From assembly GCA_963666285.1 (NCBI GenBank), contig OY762711.1: DNA of 64,000 nt; one strand, written 5' to 3'. The notes under the pieces were generated by a model. It ran no database searches. It saw only the letters and a program-made list of their open reading frames with translations, and had not been told where the DNA came from. Origin of the DNA: Sedimentisphaerales bacterium. GTDB lineage: Bacteria; Planctomycetota; Phycisphaerae; Sedimentisphaerales; SM23-30. Position numbers and translations under genes: made by a program. Of the stretch, positions 50,557 to 60,985 are shown in pieces (position 1 is the stretch's first letter; each line of letters opens with the position of its first letter).

Positions 50557-51540
50557 CTATTTCAACCAGTTGGTGGATAATATTCCCAGGTCCGCCATAT
50601 CAATATTGCCAAATTCCTCGGTATTTGTCAGCCAGTTACTTGACATAATCGTAATGTCTGACAGGTTAACAAAACCATCGCAATTCATATCTGGCTGAGG
50701 GTGTAGGATGACTGGCTGGTAGAGTATGATGTTGCCCTCAGATCTGCCATAGTCTTCTGTGATATAAAGTTCTGTTCCCTTTACAGTTATGCCTTCTTGG
50801 TCTGAACCGGGCAGCTCCCATGTGCCTGTTGCAGTGCCGTCTGGCAGAATTGAGGCCAGAAGATTTTCATTCTCGTAAATAACATAAATTTGCTGCTGGC
50901 TGTGGCAGTAGTTAAGTGCGGAAATGTCGTCTGTGATAGATTCTATTGTCCCGACATGATTTACACTGGTTGAGCTGCTGCTGGTAATGATAGGTAGTTC
51001 AAAGATGTATATTTCGCCATTGTCCTGCAGTCCTGCGTAGAAGAAGCCTGTTTCGGGGGTGTTTTCATCTGGTACAAAGGTAAGCGCCTCAAGTCCGGCG
51101 TTTGATGGGCCGTCCATCCAGCTTGTCAAGTCGAAGCGGCGGGTTATCCGTTCTGTCTTGAGATGGAACTCCAGAATACTGTCTGGGTCTTCGTTTGCAA
51201 GGTATACGTATTCTGGTCGGTCTGGAACAACAGTTACTCCTTCCAGGTCAGCGTCGATTTCCCATTCTGAAATAATTTCAAAGTCTGGTGTAGCAGAAAC
51301 CAATATGCCGCCATCAGATACGATGAAAAAATGCTGCAAATCTCGCTGCCAGACTATCCCGCTGAATTCCATATTATCTAAATCTAGATCTTCGGTTATG
51401 GTCCGACCTGGCTCTGCTTCCTGCGGAAATTTCTGCTGGCTGTAGCTTGTTGAAATGATAATAGTTAAAATAACTATAACTAATTGTGGTAAAATGGATA
51501 ACAATTCAAATTTCTCTCTCGTAAATATCGCTCTGTGCAA
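50557..51540 (-). CDS. SdiA-regulated/YjiK-like beta-propeller with dockerin-like tail
   Basis: EFSGIVW, DLEGVT, GLEALTF, DQEGIT blade motifs; DMNCDGFVNLSD..NWL. Confidence 0.65.
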   Translation of the reverse strand: MHRAIFTREKFELLSILPQLVIVILTIIISTSYSQQKFPQEAEPGRTITEDLDLDNMEFSGIVWQRDLQHFFIVSDGGILVSATPDFEIISEWEIDADLEGVTVVPDRPEYVYLANEDPDSILEFHLKTERITRRFDLTSWMDGPSNAGLEALTFVPDENTPETGFFYAGLQDNGEIYIFELPIITSSSSTSVNHVGTIESITDDISALNYCHSQQQIYVIYENENLLASILPDGTATGTWELPGSDQEGITVKGTELYITEDYGRSEGNIILYQPVILHPQPDMNCDGFVNLSDITIMSSNWLTNTEEFGNIDMADLGILSTNWLK

Positions 51541-51666
51541 TATTAACCTTATGGATCATGTCAATCATAGCAAAAATGATAAATGTGAGTCAAGGTTTTT
51601 CAGTGTAGTCTTTGTGTAATCGGTCAATCGATTACATAGAGATCACGATTCTTTGTTTAAAATGAA

Positions 51667-51712
51667 ATACCCTTCAGTTATGATAACTAAAATTACTCAA
51701 ACTGAAGGGTAT
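51667..51712 (-). terminator. Terminator-like hairpin after GH3
   Basis: ATACCCTTCAGTT...AACTGAAGGGTAT 13-bp stem. Confidence 0.6.
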
Positions 51713-51721
51713 GTTTATGTT

Positions 51722-54142
51722 TTATTTCAGAAAAGATGGACCGATGACGAATGTTTCTCCGGTAATATTTATGGTTTTACGCAGGCGGATATCTTTTGAA
51801 CTGGCACCGACCATGATCTCAAATTTACCAGGTTCGACTACCCTTTGCTGGTTGCTATTTATAAGCCAAAAATCCTTAACCGGGTTAAGGGTAAAGTTGA
51901 CTGTTTTACTTTCTCCAGCCTTAAGATGAATTCTCTCGAAACCTCTCAGTACCTGTTCGAAGGTTATTATGCTGCTGTATTTATCGTTGATATAAAGTTG
52001 TACTATCTCGTCTCCGTCATATTTGCCGGTGTTGGTAATAGTAACGCTAACCTTAAGTGGCTTATCTGCCGTGAGTTCTGTGGCACTGAGTTTCAAATCA
52101 GTATAGTTAAATGATGTATAGCTCAGTCCAAATCCAAACGGATAAAGGCATTCAGTAACCCTGCTGAAACCGGTTCCATCGGCATTATATCCGTTGAACT
52201 GTTTGCCAAGGGCCCAGGGTTTTACTGGGAAGTTCATTGGAATCTGCCCGGCTGTACGTGGGAAGGTTGCTGATATTTTACCGCCCGGGTTATAATCTCC
52301 GAAAATTGCTTCGGATACTGCCTGGCCGAGGAATTCGCCGCCAAACCACGCGTCCAGTATCGCTGGCACATTTTTATCTTCCCAGTTGACACTGATCGGC
52401 CTTCCGTTGACTAGAACTGCTATTACCGGTTTGCCGGTTGCATGCAGCTTTCTTAACAACAGTTTCTGAATCTGTGGCAAATCAAGTGATGTTCGTGATT
52501 TACATTCGCCAACCATGTTTTCATTATCGCCGACAACAGCGATGATGTAATCACAATCCTTTGCAGCTTCGACAGCATTCTGGATTAATTTAAGCTGATC
52601 TTCGGATGGCTCGGTATAAATGATCTCGTTGACCGGCCAGCTTTTGTCATAGTGGGAACAGCCCTTGCTGTAAACAACTTCTGCTTTATCGCCGCAGTAT
52701 TTCTTTATTCCGTCATAAACACTGATAACCGGTCCCTGTTTAGGGCCGTATCGAGAACGGCACGCATCGGTTTCTTTAGCGTTTGGGCCTATCACTGCGA
52801 TTCTGTTAACAGTACCCAGGTCTAACGGTAGTATATTGTCCTGATTTTTTAGCAATACCATTGCTTCACGGGCTGCTCTTAAAGCAACTGCTTTATGGTC
52901 TGGGCATGCTACAAGTTTGTCAATTTCAGATGTATCAACATAAGGATTGTCAAACAGGCCAAGCTGAATTTTTACCTTTAGGACATCATGGACTCTTGAG
53001 TTAACAGTATCTATAGAAAGGGAACCTTCTTTTATGCATTTTCTGACCGGATTAATGAAATTTGCCGGGTCGTTAAATGTTGTCCTGACATTTCCACCGG
53101 CGGCCAGAAATCGACGGGTTGCTTCCTGATAAGTTGGTGCTACTTTGTGTTTATTGTGAATGTTAATTACTGCGTCAGAGTCTGATACCACATAACCATT
53201 AAAGCCCATTCGATCACGAAGGATATGGGTTAGAAAAAGCTCACTGCCGGAGATTGGCTCCCCGTTCCAGTCGTTATATGAACTCATAACCCCTGTGATA
53301 TCAACATTAGCGATAACCTGTTCAAAGGCATACAGATGTATCATTTCCATTTCACGCGGTGCGACATGAGTATCTGTTCTGGAGTCGGCATCTCTTCCGC
53401 CGTTAGGGATACTGTAAACTGCAAAGTGCTTGCAGGTTACGCCTGTTCCGGTACTGCGAATACCTTTGGCCTGTTGGATGCCCAGCTGTGCGACCAGGTA
53501 TGGTGATTCGCCGTAGCACTCGACTATTCTACCCCAGCGTTGGTCGCGGGGTACATCTAATATAGGGGAGTAAACCTGGGTATATCCTAGTGCGTCAGCT
53601 TCTTTACCGGTTATAATACCGATCTGGTTGACTAGATCTCGGTCCCAGGTAGCACCAACTGCAATCTGGCTGGGGAAGTTAGTAGCATATGAGTGACATA
53701 TACCGCGAATACCTTCGTTTGTGAAATCAACCGGTATGCCCAGGCGAGTCTTCTCTATAAACCAGCGTTGAGTATCATTGATTGCTGTAGTATGCTTTGA
53801 GGGAGGCCATACATAGTCGCTTCCCTTACCTATGCCGTTATGCTGCTCATCTATATTACCTATGCCATCTTTCCAAATCTGGTTATACCAATCATCGGTA
53901 GGCAGTTGATCCTTTAGGACTCGTTTAAAACCATATAGAGTAGCCAGTTGTGCAGTTTTTTCTTCAACTGTCATCTGACTGATCAGGTTTTCAATACGTT
54001 TCTCGATTGGCTGTTGACTATCTTCGTAGATGTCTTTTGTGCCGTTCTTATTGAAATCAATCCATGAAGTGTGGTAGATGTTTTCGGCATACAGGGGGAG
54101 TGATGCCGCCAGTAACGCTAGTGACACTATTGTTTTTGTCAT
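51722..54142 (-). CDS. Secreted GH3 beta-glucosidase/beta-xylosidase
   Basis: RLGIP, RDQRWGR, CKHF, VVSDS nucleophile, YPFGFGLSYT, Fn3-like C-terminus. Confidence 0.93.
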   Translation of the reverse strand: MTKTIVSLALLAASLPLYAENIYHTSWIDFNKNGTKDIYEDSQQPIEKRIENLISQMTVEEKTAQLATLYGFKRVLKDQLPTDDWYNQIWKDGIGNIDEQHNGIGKGSDYVWPPSKHTTAINDTQRWFIEKTRLGIPVDFTNEGIRGICHSYATNFPSQIAVGATWDRDLVNQIGIITGKEADALGYTQVYSPILDVPRDQRWGRIVECYGESPYLVAQLGIQQAKGIRSTGTGVTCKHFAVYSIPNGGRDADSRTDTHVAPREMEMIHLYAFEQVIANVDITGVMSSYNDWNGEPISGSELFLTHILRDRMGFNGYVVSDSDAVINIHNKHKVAPTYQEATRRFLAAGGNVRTTFNDPANFINPVRKCIKEGSLSIDTVNSRVHDVLKVKIQLGLFDNPYVDTSEIDKLVACPDHKAVALRAAREAMVLLKNQDNILPLDLGTVNRIAVIGPNAKETDACRSRYGPKQGPVISVYDGIKKYCGDKAEVVYSKGCSHYDKSWPVNEIIYTEPSEDQLKLIQNAVEAAKDCDYIIAVVGDNENMVGECKSRTSLDLPQIQKLLLRKLHATGKPVIAVLVNGRPISVNWEDKNVPAILDAWFGGEFLGQAVSEAIFGDYNPGGKISATFPRTAGQIPMNFPVKPWALGKQFNGYNADGTGFSRVTECLYPFGFGLSYTSFNYTDLKLSATELTADKPLKVSVTITNTGKYDGDEIVQLYINDKYSSIITFEQVLRGFERIHLKAGESKTVNFTLNPVKDFWLINSNQQRVVEPGKFEIMVGASSKDIRLRKTINITGETFVIGPSFLK

Positions 54143-54285
54143 AAATGTAAACCTTTCTTTGCTTTTCTTTTATAAAAATGTATCAGACATAAAGTTAGAA
54201 GTCAAAGGAAAATAGAATTGGGTACAACCGGCGGTATTATTTGTCTTTTTGATTTTCGACTATGCTATAATTTGCAGAGAATATT

Positions 54286-55242
54286 ATGAACTACAGAAAT
54301 TATGACAAAAAAACTTTAGCATTTTTTTTAACTAAACAGGGCGTTACTTTCCAGCAGGACGAGTTGTTGAGTAGTTATTGCAGTTGGCGGATAGGCGGCC
54401 CGGCCGATTATATCTGCCAGCCCAAAAGTATAATTCAGCTGCAGGAGCTGATATTGTATCTGGCTGAAAATGATATCCCTTATGTGGTGTTGGGAAAGGG
54501 ATCAAATTTACTGTTTTCGGATGATGGTGTAAGAGGGGTGGTGATAAAGCTGGATCAGCAATGGTCCAATTATAATATCGAAGGCAGGACTCTAATAGTT
54601 CAGTCCGGGATGTTTGCTCCGAAGCTGGCCAGGGTTGCAATGGAAAATGGGCTGTCCGGACTTACTCATATAGCCGGAATACCTGGCAATCTGGGCGGGC
54701 TGATTGTAATGAACGGCGGCAGCATGGGCAATGAGATAGGCAGCAAGGTTAGATGGGTGAAAGTGCTGGGTGGGAATGGCAAATTCTTGGTTTACGATGG
54801 CCCGGCCTGTGGGTTTAGCTATCGGCATAGCAGGTTCCAGGGTACGAATGAGATCATTCTGGAGGCAGCTTTAGAGCTTGACTATGGTGATAGTGAGCAT
54901 CTGCGATCTGAGATGCTCGCAGTGTTGCGTAATAGACGTGAGAAGATGCCGCGTCGTCAGCCGAGTTGCGGGTCGGTGTTCAAAAGTCCGACAGAACAAT
55001 ATCTTATGATGGGACCGCCTGGTTATGTCGTTGAATCGCTTGGACTTAAAGGTACAGTTTATGGAGGTGCTATGATATCTGACAAACATGCTAACTTTAT
55101 AGTGAATGTGGCAGATGCCCGGGCGAATGATATTCTGTCGCTTGTAAAAAAAGTTCAGGAAGCATTTTATGCCAAATACCTGAAGCCGTTTCATTGTGAA
55201 TTCAAATATGTTGATAACGTCGGGAATATATTATCCTTATGA
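54286..55242 (+). CDS. murB: UDP-N-acetylenolpyruvoylglucosamine reductase
   Basis: WRIGGPAD, LGKGSNLL, GIPGNLGGLIVMNGG, FSYRHS, PSCGSVFK, SDKHANFIVN. Confidence 0.93.
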   Translation: MNYRNYDKKTLAFFLTKQGVTFQQDELLSSYCSWRIGGPADYICQPKSIIQLQELILYLAENDIPYVVLGKGSNLLFSDDGVRGVVIKLDQQWSNYNIEGRTLIVQSGMFAPKLARVAMENGLSGLTHIAGIPGNLGGLIVMNGGSMGNEIGSKVRWVKVLGGNGKFLVYDGPACGFSYRHSRFQGTNEIILEAALELDYGDSEHLRSEMLAVLRNRREKMPRRQPSCGSVFKSPTEQYLMMGPPGYVVESLGLKGTVYGGAMISDKHANFIVNVADARANDILSLVKKVQEAFYAKYLKPFHCEFKYVDNVGNILSL

Positions 55243-55271
55243 TATCTGAAACTTAAAATTATTTTTTTTCA

Positions 55272-57326
55272 CTAAAAGCATTCCGATTCAGGTTCGCGGT
55301 TACAATTCAGCCAGTTTTCGGCAAAGATTGTCAGGTCAAGTATGTTCAGCTGGCAATCATCGTTAAGGTCATATTCCGGACATGGCAGTACCTCAGTAAC
55401 TGAGATGTTATCAACTGATATTTGTGTGGTGCCTGAGTTTGCTCTGCCGCCCAGGTTGAACGAGACGATCATATAGGGAGCAGTTGCGGTAAAGACTCCG
55501 TCGGTCGGGGCGCTGGTGCCGTTAGGTGAGCCCGTTATCGATTCCCAGCTCCATATTCCATCGGTAGTATTGAGATCACCGTTGCCGTAAGCTTTCTTGT
55601 AAACAATAGTTGAGGATGCAGGATAATTGCTGTCTTCGAAGGTTATGATTACCTCGGCCCAGTTTCTTGCCAAAGAGTCGGAGTCAACGGTGCCGGTAAT
55701 ATCGCCTGCCCAATCACCGCTGAAAATATATTGGCTGCCGACAGTCACCGGTATTGCCTGGAAGAAGCGGTTGTTGTTGGCACCGGTAGTACCGGTGTCA
55801 GTCTCGAGCAACGCAGAGGCGGGCGGGTTGCCGTTGGCAGAATCTAACGTTGAGGTGGTGGTACCGGAAGCACCGGATAATGCTATCGTTGTCCATGGTG
55901 TGAGTACTGAATCAAAGCTGCCGTTTTCAATAAGTTCTTGAGCGATAGGAGTTTCCGCCCATTTTGCCGTAAGCATAGCGAAATCAGTCATGTTTATCCT
56001 GCAATCGTCACTGAAGTCGGCTTTGATCGGTGAGCTGCACAACCAGTCAGCCGTTGCAGCTGATGCCGGTTCCGACCAGTCAGTTTCATTGGCATTATTG
56101 CTGTTGTCTCTTGCTTTTACCGCATAGCTGTAGGTTGTGCCGGGTGACAGGGCGGTATCGGTCCAGGAAGGTACATCGATCCAGCCGGAATCATGGCTGG
56201 ATTCGGTTAGGTTTGCAAAGTAGTATTGTACGCCGCTGCTATCGGTAGCGGTGGTTGCCTGCATTGCGATATCTACCCCGCCGGTAGAATATGGTTCTAC
56301 CGCCCAGGTTAGTGGATCAGGCGTAGGCGGTGTTGTGTCAGGTGTGTCAATATACTGTTGGCCAATTTCAGTTTTTGGCCCGGATTCAGCTGTTACAATG
56401 CTCTTAACTTCAGATGTAGGATAAAGATAATAGCTGTAATAATCCGCCGGGTCATAAGGCATCGTCGTGGTGTTGCCGGATCTTGAGCCGGTGCAATTGA
56501 TAAATTGCATGCCGGAAATATAGCAAGCAGCAGTAGAATCACATGTGATCGGGTTATTGCTGTCTTCGAAGACACAGTTCTCTATGACCAGTTGTGCCAT
56601 ACCTCGCGCATAATGACCATAACTGGTTATATTGCTGCCGTAGTTGTTGTATAAGTGACCTATCCCCATATCAAAACTTGGGTTACGCTGGTTGGTACTG
56701 TCAAACCAGCAATTGTTAATGGTCGTTCTGAAATCTGTTTCTTCGGTCCAGCCAAGCCCGAAGCATTTATTATGATTGCTCAGATGCACCCATGAGACGG
56801 TTACATAGTCACATACTTTCCTCAGGTCGATCAGGCCGTCACCGCAATGGGTGAAATGACAATGGTCGATCCAGATATGGTCACTGCCGTCGGCCTGTAT
56901 CGCATCGTAGTCATTTGTTTTACCATCATAATCACCTTCTACATAGGAGTCTCGTATTGTCAGATTGCGAATAATAATATTGCTGACATACAGAAGTCTA
57001 AGCTCCGCCTGGTAAAGAGTTGCGTTATCCCCCAGGCCAACAATTGTCTTATTGGATTTCACATCAATATTTGTTCCGTTTGATGGAGCATTGATAGTAC
57101 CTTCAACTAGAATGATATATGGATTTGATGATTCGGCATAATATTCCAGTTCGGACCAGGTGGTTACGGTAACTTTTTGGCCGCCTTCGCCGCCGGTTGT
57201 GGTACTCAGACCCAGGCCGCTGACTGAAGCAAAGCCGGTTGGCTGGTCGGCAGCAGTTAAAGAGAGGGTAAAACACGATAATGCCAACAATGCTGTTAAA
57301 ATAGAAAATCTTACCATTACAACCAT
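55272..57326 (-). CDS. Secreted PL1 pectate lyase + Fn3 + CBM-like domain with dockerin-like motifs
   Basis: TTGGEGG, SNKTIVG, NIIIRNL, HIWIDHC, QRNPS; Fn3 LSPGTTYSYAVKARD; two DxxDDC..N..D...W motifs. Confidence 0.88.
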   Translation of the reverse strand: MVVMVRFSILTALLALSCFTLSLTAADQPTGFASVSGLGLSTTTGGEGGQKVTVTTWSELEYYAESSNPYIILVEGTINAPSNGTNIDVKSNKTIVGLGDNATLYQAELRLLYVSNIIIRNLTIRDSYVEGDYDGKTNDYDAIQADGSDHIWIDHCHFTHCGDGLIDLRKVCDYVTVSWVHLSNHNKCFGLGWTEETDFRTTINNCWFDSTNQRNPSFDMGIGHLYNNYGSNITSYGHYARGMAQLVIENCVFEDSNNPITCDSTAACYISGMQFINCTGSRSGNTTTMPYDPADYYSYYLYPTSEVKSIVTAESGPKTEIGQQYIDTPDTTPPTPDPLTWAVEPYSTGGVDIAMQATTATDSSGVQYYFANLTESSHDSGWIDVPSWTDTALSPGTTYSYAVKARDNSNNANETDWSEPASAATADWLCSSPIKADFSDDCRINMTDFAMLTAKWAETPIAQELIENGSFDSVLTPWTTIALSGASGTTTSTLDSANGNPPASALLETDTGTTGANNNRFFQAIPVTVGSQYIFSGDWAGDITGTVDSDSLARNWAEVIITFEDSNYPASSTIVYKKAYGNGDLNTTDGIWSWESITGSPNGTSAPTDGVFTATAPYMIVSFNLGGRANSGTTQISVDNISVTEVLPCPEYDLNDDCQLNILDLTIFAENWLNCNREPESECF

Positions 57327-57519
57327 CCTTTTTCTGTCATCTCGGAATCATTCACAGCAAACATGTGCAGTTTTTCTGAATAATTACCATTAATCTAATT
57401 CTATCTCTATTGATTATCTCTTTTCTTTTCAAACGCAGAGTGTGTTATCATGAAAGCTTTATTTATCTTATCAAATTGAATAAAGATTAGATAATCGATT
57501 TTGTGATGATAATTAATGG

Positions 57520-57533
57520 AAATTGCGCAATTT
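57520..57533. promoter_or_regulatory. Perfect 14-bp palindrome, candidate operator
   Basis: AAATTGCGCAATTT between the divergent PL1 and GH106 genes. Confidence 0.4.
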
Positions 57534-57627
57534 TTCTAAGGCTTTTTTATTAGACATTCTAACTGTATTTATTACCATAACATTAGTTCTTATGATTAAT
57601 AATTTGATTTAAATATGGAATTTGAAG

Positions 57628-60600
57628 ATGTTTAGAATTTTATTAGTTTTATTGTTGGCGTCGGTAGAGTTAATTGCTGCGGGTGATTTGGCGGGAGATT
57701 TTGCGAATCCACCGCAAAAGGCAGGTGTACGTTGCTGGTGGTGGTGGCTAAACAGCAATGTAACCAAAGAAGCGATCACACACGATTTGGAAGCAATGGC
57801 CGGTAAAGGTTTTAGCGGTGCGATGATCTTTGATGCCGGCACAGAGCTTGGCTGGGGACCAGATAAAAATGTTCCCAACGGTCCGCAGTTCGGTAGTGAG
57901 CAATGGACCGAGCTCTATTTGCATGCTTTGCGTGAAGCTAAGCGATTAGGGCTTGAAATAGGCTTGTCCATCCAGAGTGGCTGGAACCTGGGCGGGCCGT
58001 TTGTGACACTGGACGATAAAGCCAAGCAAATCACAGCTTCCGAGACGCAGGTGGTAGGTCCGGGCATGGTAACAATGGACCTGCCGGTGCCGAAGTCTAA
58101 TTATGATTATTATCGGGATATCTCTGTACTGGCGTATCCTCAAAATGGTTTTGCCGGTCAGGTTTACCAGCTGTCAGCAAGTTCCAGCCAGCCGGATTAT
58201 CCGGTTAACAATATAAATAGCAAGGAGTTCTGGGTTAGCAGCGGCGAAAAGCCCGGTGAAGGACCGACCGCTGACAAGCCGGAATGGATAGAGTTCGAAT
58301 TTGAAAAGCCGGTGAAGGTTGCCGGTTTGAAGATTGCCGGTCGTCAGGGTTATGGCCCGAAGGTATGTCGGGTAGAAGCTGTTGGCAGCGGTGAAAAGAC
58401 AGAAAAGCTTAGCCTGAAAGATGGTGAAAACGAGCTAAAATTTAGAATGCTGGAAGGCAGGCAGATTCGGATTGTTTTTGAAGCTGCATACGACAGCCGC
58501 TATCCTGAATCAGCAAGGAATGTCCAGGTAATAAGTGCTCATCTAGTCAGCAGCGATGGTAAGGTGTTGACTGCAAGGTCAGATATAAAGAAAAAGCCTA
58601 TACGCGACCTGGATGCCAAAAGCGGTACACGTGAACTGGGTGGTTCTGCACCAGATAGCAAGTTCCTACTGGACGACTGGCCGGCTGTTGTAGGTGAGCA
58701 GGATTGCATGCTTACCGATATTGTTGATATTACCGATAAGCTAGGCGATGATGGGGTGCTGAACTGGGAGGTGCCGGAAGGGAAATGGACGGTCCTGCGG
58801 ATAGGTTATACTCCTACGCGTGCCCATGTTGCGACTTCGAGCGATAACTGGAAAGGGCATGTGCTGGATTATCTGAGTAAGGATGCGTTTAACCGGTATT
58901 GGGACCGTACAGTTAAGCCGCTATTGGATAAGGCCGGCGATATGGCCGGAACGGTATTGACTCAACTGGAAACTGACAGCTGGGAATGCGGGGGCATGAA
59001 CTGGAGTGAGGGTTTTGCTCAGGAGTTCAAGGATTACAATGGGTATGATATAATTAAGTATTTGCCGGTAGTGGCCGGTAAAATCGTTGAGAGTAGAGAG
59101 GTTAGTAATGCGTTTTTGGCAGATCTGCGAAAGACAATAGCACATTGTGTATCGGAGAATCATTACGGTACATTTGCCGAAAATGCCGCGAAATATAATA
59201 TCGGCATTCAGCCGGAGTGTTCCGGGCCGCATGCCGGGCCGCTGGACGGCATAACTAATTATTCCCATAGCGATATAACGATGAGCGAGTTCTGGATACC
59301 ATGTCCGCATCGCCCGGAGCCGCATAATCGATTCTATGTCAAGCAGGCTGCGTCAGCGGCACATATTTACGGCAAGCAGTATGTCGGTGCCGAGAGTTTT
59401 ACCTCGCTTCGTAAACCTCATTGGGGTGTAGAGTTATGGTATGATATTAAGCCGCACGCAGATTATGAGTTTTGTGAAGGATTGAATATGATCTTTTTCC
59501 ATACGTTTACCTGTTCGCCAAAGGAAATGGGCGTACCGGGTCAGGAGTATTTTGCCGGTACACATGTTAATCCGCAGGTGACCTGGTGGGATTATTCCGA
59601 TGCTTTTATCGATTATCTTAACCGTGTGCAGGTAATGACCCAGAAAGGCAGATTTGTTGCGGATGTTCTGTATTATTATGGCGACCATGTTCCTAACATT
59701 GCGGTAAATAAGGGTTTTAACCAGGGTGGAGCCTTGCCGGGTTATGATTTTGATGTCTGTAATGAGGATGTGCTGCTAAAGTTGAAGGTTGTTGATGGTA
59801 TGCTGGTAGTACCAAGTGGTCTGAGATATCGAGTTCTGGTATTGCCGGGGCATAAGGTTTTGTCAATGGCGGCCTTGGATAAGATTGGCGAGCTTGTAGT
59901 AGCCGGTGCAGTTGTAATCGGCGAAAAGCCTGAGCGGCTGGTGAGCCTGGTAGATGGTCGAACAGCTCAGAAAAATTTTACTGATCTGGCTGATATTCTA
60001 TGGGGAACAAACCCTGCACAAGAAGGCATACGAAAGACTAAGGCTGGTGGTGCGATTGTCTGGGGAACCGGATCGAGATTGTATCTGCAAAGCGTTGGAG
60101 TGCCGTATGATTTTGAGGTTCTGGGTAATATAAGGCAGCAGGATTTTGAATTTATCCATTATAAGGTTGATGGAACCGATGTGTATTTTGTTTGCAATCA
60201 GACTAATAAACCGCGGGCGGTTGATTGTGCCTTTCGGGTGACAGGTCGTCAGCCGGAACTGTGGGACCCGATAATAGGAAAAATATGGCCGGCTGATAAG
60301 TTTAGCCAGGCAGACGGCAGGACTACAGTGCCGCTGGAATTTGATCCGTTTGATTCTGTGTTTGTTGTGTTTAATGATGCGATAACAGATACGATGGAGG
60401 GGGCGGCAGACTCAAACTATCCGGTTAAGCGTACAGTCAGTAAAGTCGAAGGTCCGTGGCAGGTCGCTTTTGATACCGAATGGGGAGGTCCTGATCTGAT
60501 CGAATTTAAGCGACTGAAAGACTGGGCTGAGTTTGGTAATGATGGGATAAAATATTATTCCGGCGAGGCTGTCTATAAGAACACATTTGAGTTGGATGTG

Positions 60601-60930
60601 GAAGAAGGCAAACGATATTGGATACAGCTGAATAATGTGCTCGATGCCGGTATTGCCGCGGTGAAATTGAATGATATCGACCTGGGTGTTACCTGGACCA
60701 AACCGTTTTGCGTGGAGATTACCGATGCGGTTAAATCCGGTCGAAACAAACTGGCGATTACGGTTGTGAATACCTGGCAGAACCGGCTTATAGGTGATCG
60801 CGGCAAGCCGCAGGACCAGCGGTTTACCGAGACCAATATCAAGATAAAAGATGAATGGAAGCTGAGGCCGTCAGGCTTGATGGGCCCGGTGGAAATTAAG
60901 TGTGACCAGGTCAGTGGTGATATCAGGTAG
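57628..60930 (+). CDS. Secreted GH106 alpha-L-rhamnosidase-like protein
   Basis: RCWWWWLN..VTKEAITHDLEAM, ETDSWE, MSEFW, GAESFT, NRLIGD, SGLMGPV; inserted discoidin-like module; start ATG 57628 or TTG 57622. Confidence 0.85.
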   Translation: MFRILLVLLLASVELIAAGDLAGDFANPPQKAGVRCWWWWLNSNVTKEAITHDLEAMAGKGFSGAMIFDAGTELGWGPDKNVPNGPQFGSEQWTELYLHALREAKRLGLEIGLSIQSGWNLGGPFVTLDDKAKQITASETQVVGPGMVTMDLPVPKSNYDYYRDISVLAYPQNGFAGQVYQLSASSSQPDYPVNNINSKEFWVSSGEKPGEGPTADKPEWIEFEFEKPVKVAGLKIAGRQGYGPKVCRVEAVGSGEKTEKLSLKDGENELKFRMLEGRQIRIVFEAAYDSRYPESARNVQVISAHLVSSDGKVLTARSDIKKKPIRDLDAKSGTRELGGSAPDSKFLLDDWPAVVGEQDCMLTDIVDITDKLGDDGVLNWEVPEGKWTVLRIGYTPTRAHVATSSDNWKGHVLDYLSKDAFNRYWDRTVKPLLDKAGDMAGTVLTQLETDSWECGGMNWSEGFAQEFKDYNGYDIIKYLPVVAGKIVESREVSNAFLADLRKTIAHCVSENHYGTFAENAAKYNIGIQPECSGPHAGPLDGITNYSHSDITMSEFWIPCPHRPEPHNRFYVKQAASAAHIYGKQYVGAESFTSLRKPHWGVELWYDIKPHADYEFCEGLNMIFFHTFTCSPKEMGVPGQEYFAGTHVNPQVTWWDYSDAFIDYLNRVQVMTQKGRFVADVLYYYGDHVPNIAVNKGFNQGGALPGYDFDVCNEDVLLKLKVVDGMLVVPSGLRYRVLVLPGHKVLSMAALDKIGELVVAGAVVIGEKPERLVSLVDGRTAQKNFTDLADILWGTNPAQEGIRKTKAGGAIVWGTGSRLYLQSVGVPYDFEVLGNIRQQDFEFIHYKVDGTDVYFVCNQTNKPRAVDCAFRVTGRQPELWDPIIGKIWPADKFSQADGRTTVPLEFDPFDSVFVVFNDAITDTMEGAADSNYPVKRTVSKVEGPWQVAFDTEWGGPDLIEFKRLKDWAEFGNDGIKYYSGEAVYKNTFELDVEEGKRYWIQLNNVLDAGIAAVKLNDIDLGVTWTKPFCVEITDAVKSGRNKLAITVVNTWQNRLIGDRGKPQDQRFTETNIKIKDEWKLRPSGLMGPVEIKCDQVSGDIR

Positions 60931-60985
60931 GCCGCTGTAGTTATATTCTGTTTGCCTTTGTGCTTTTACGTTTGGGAATAACATA

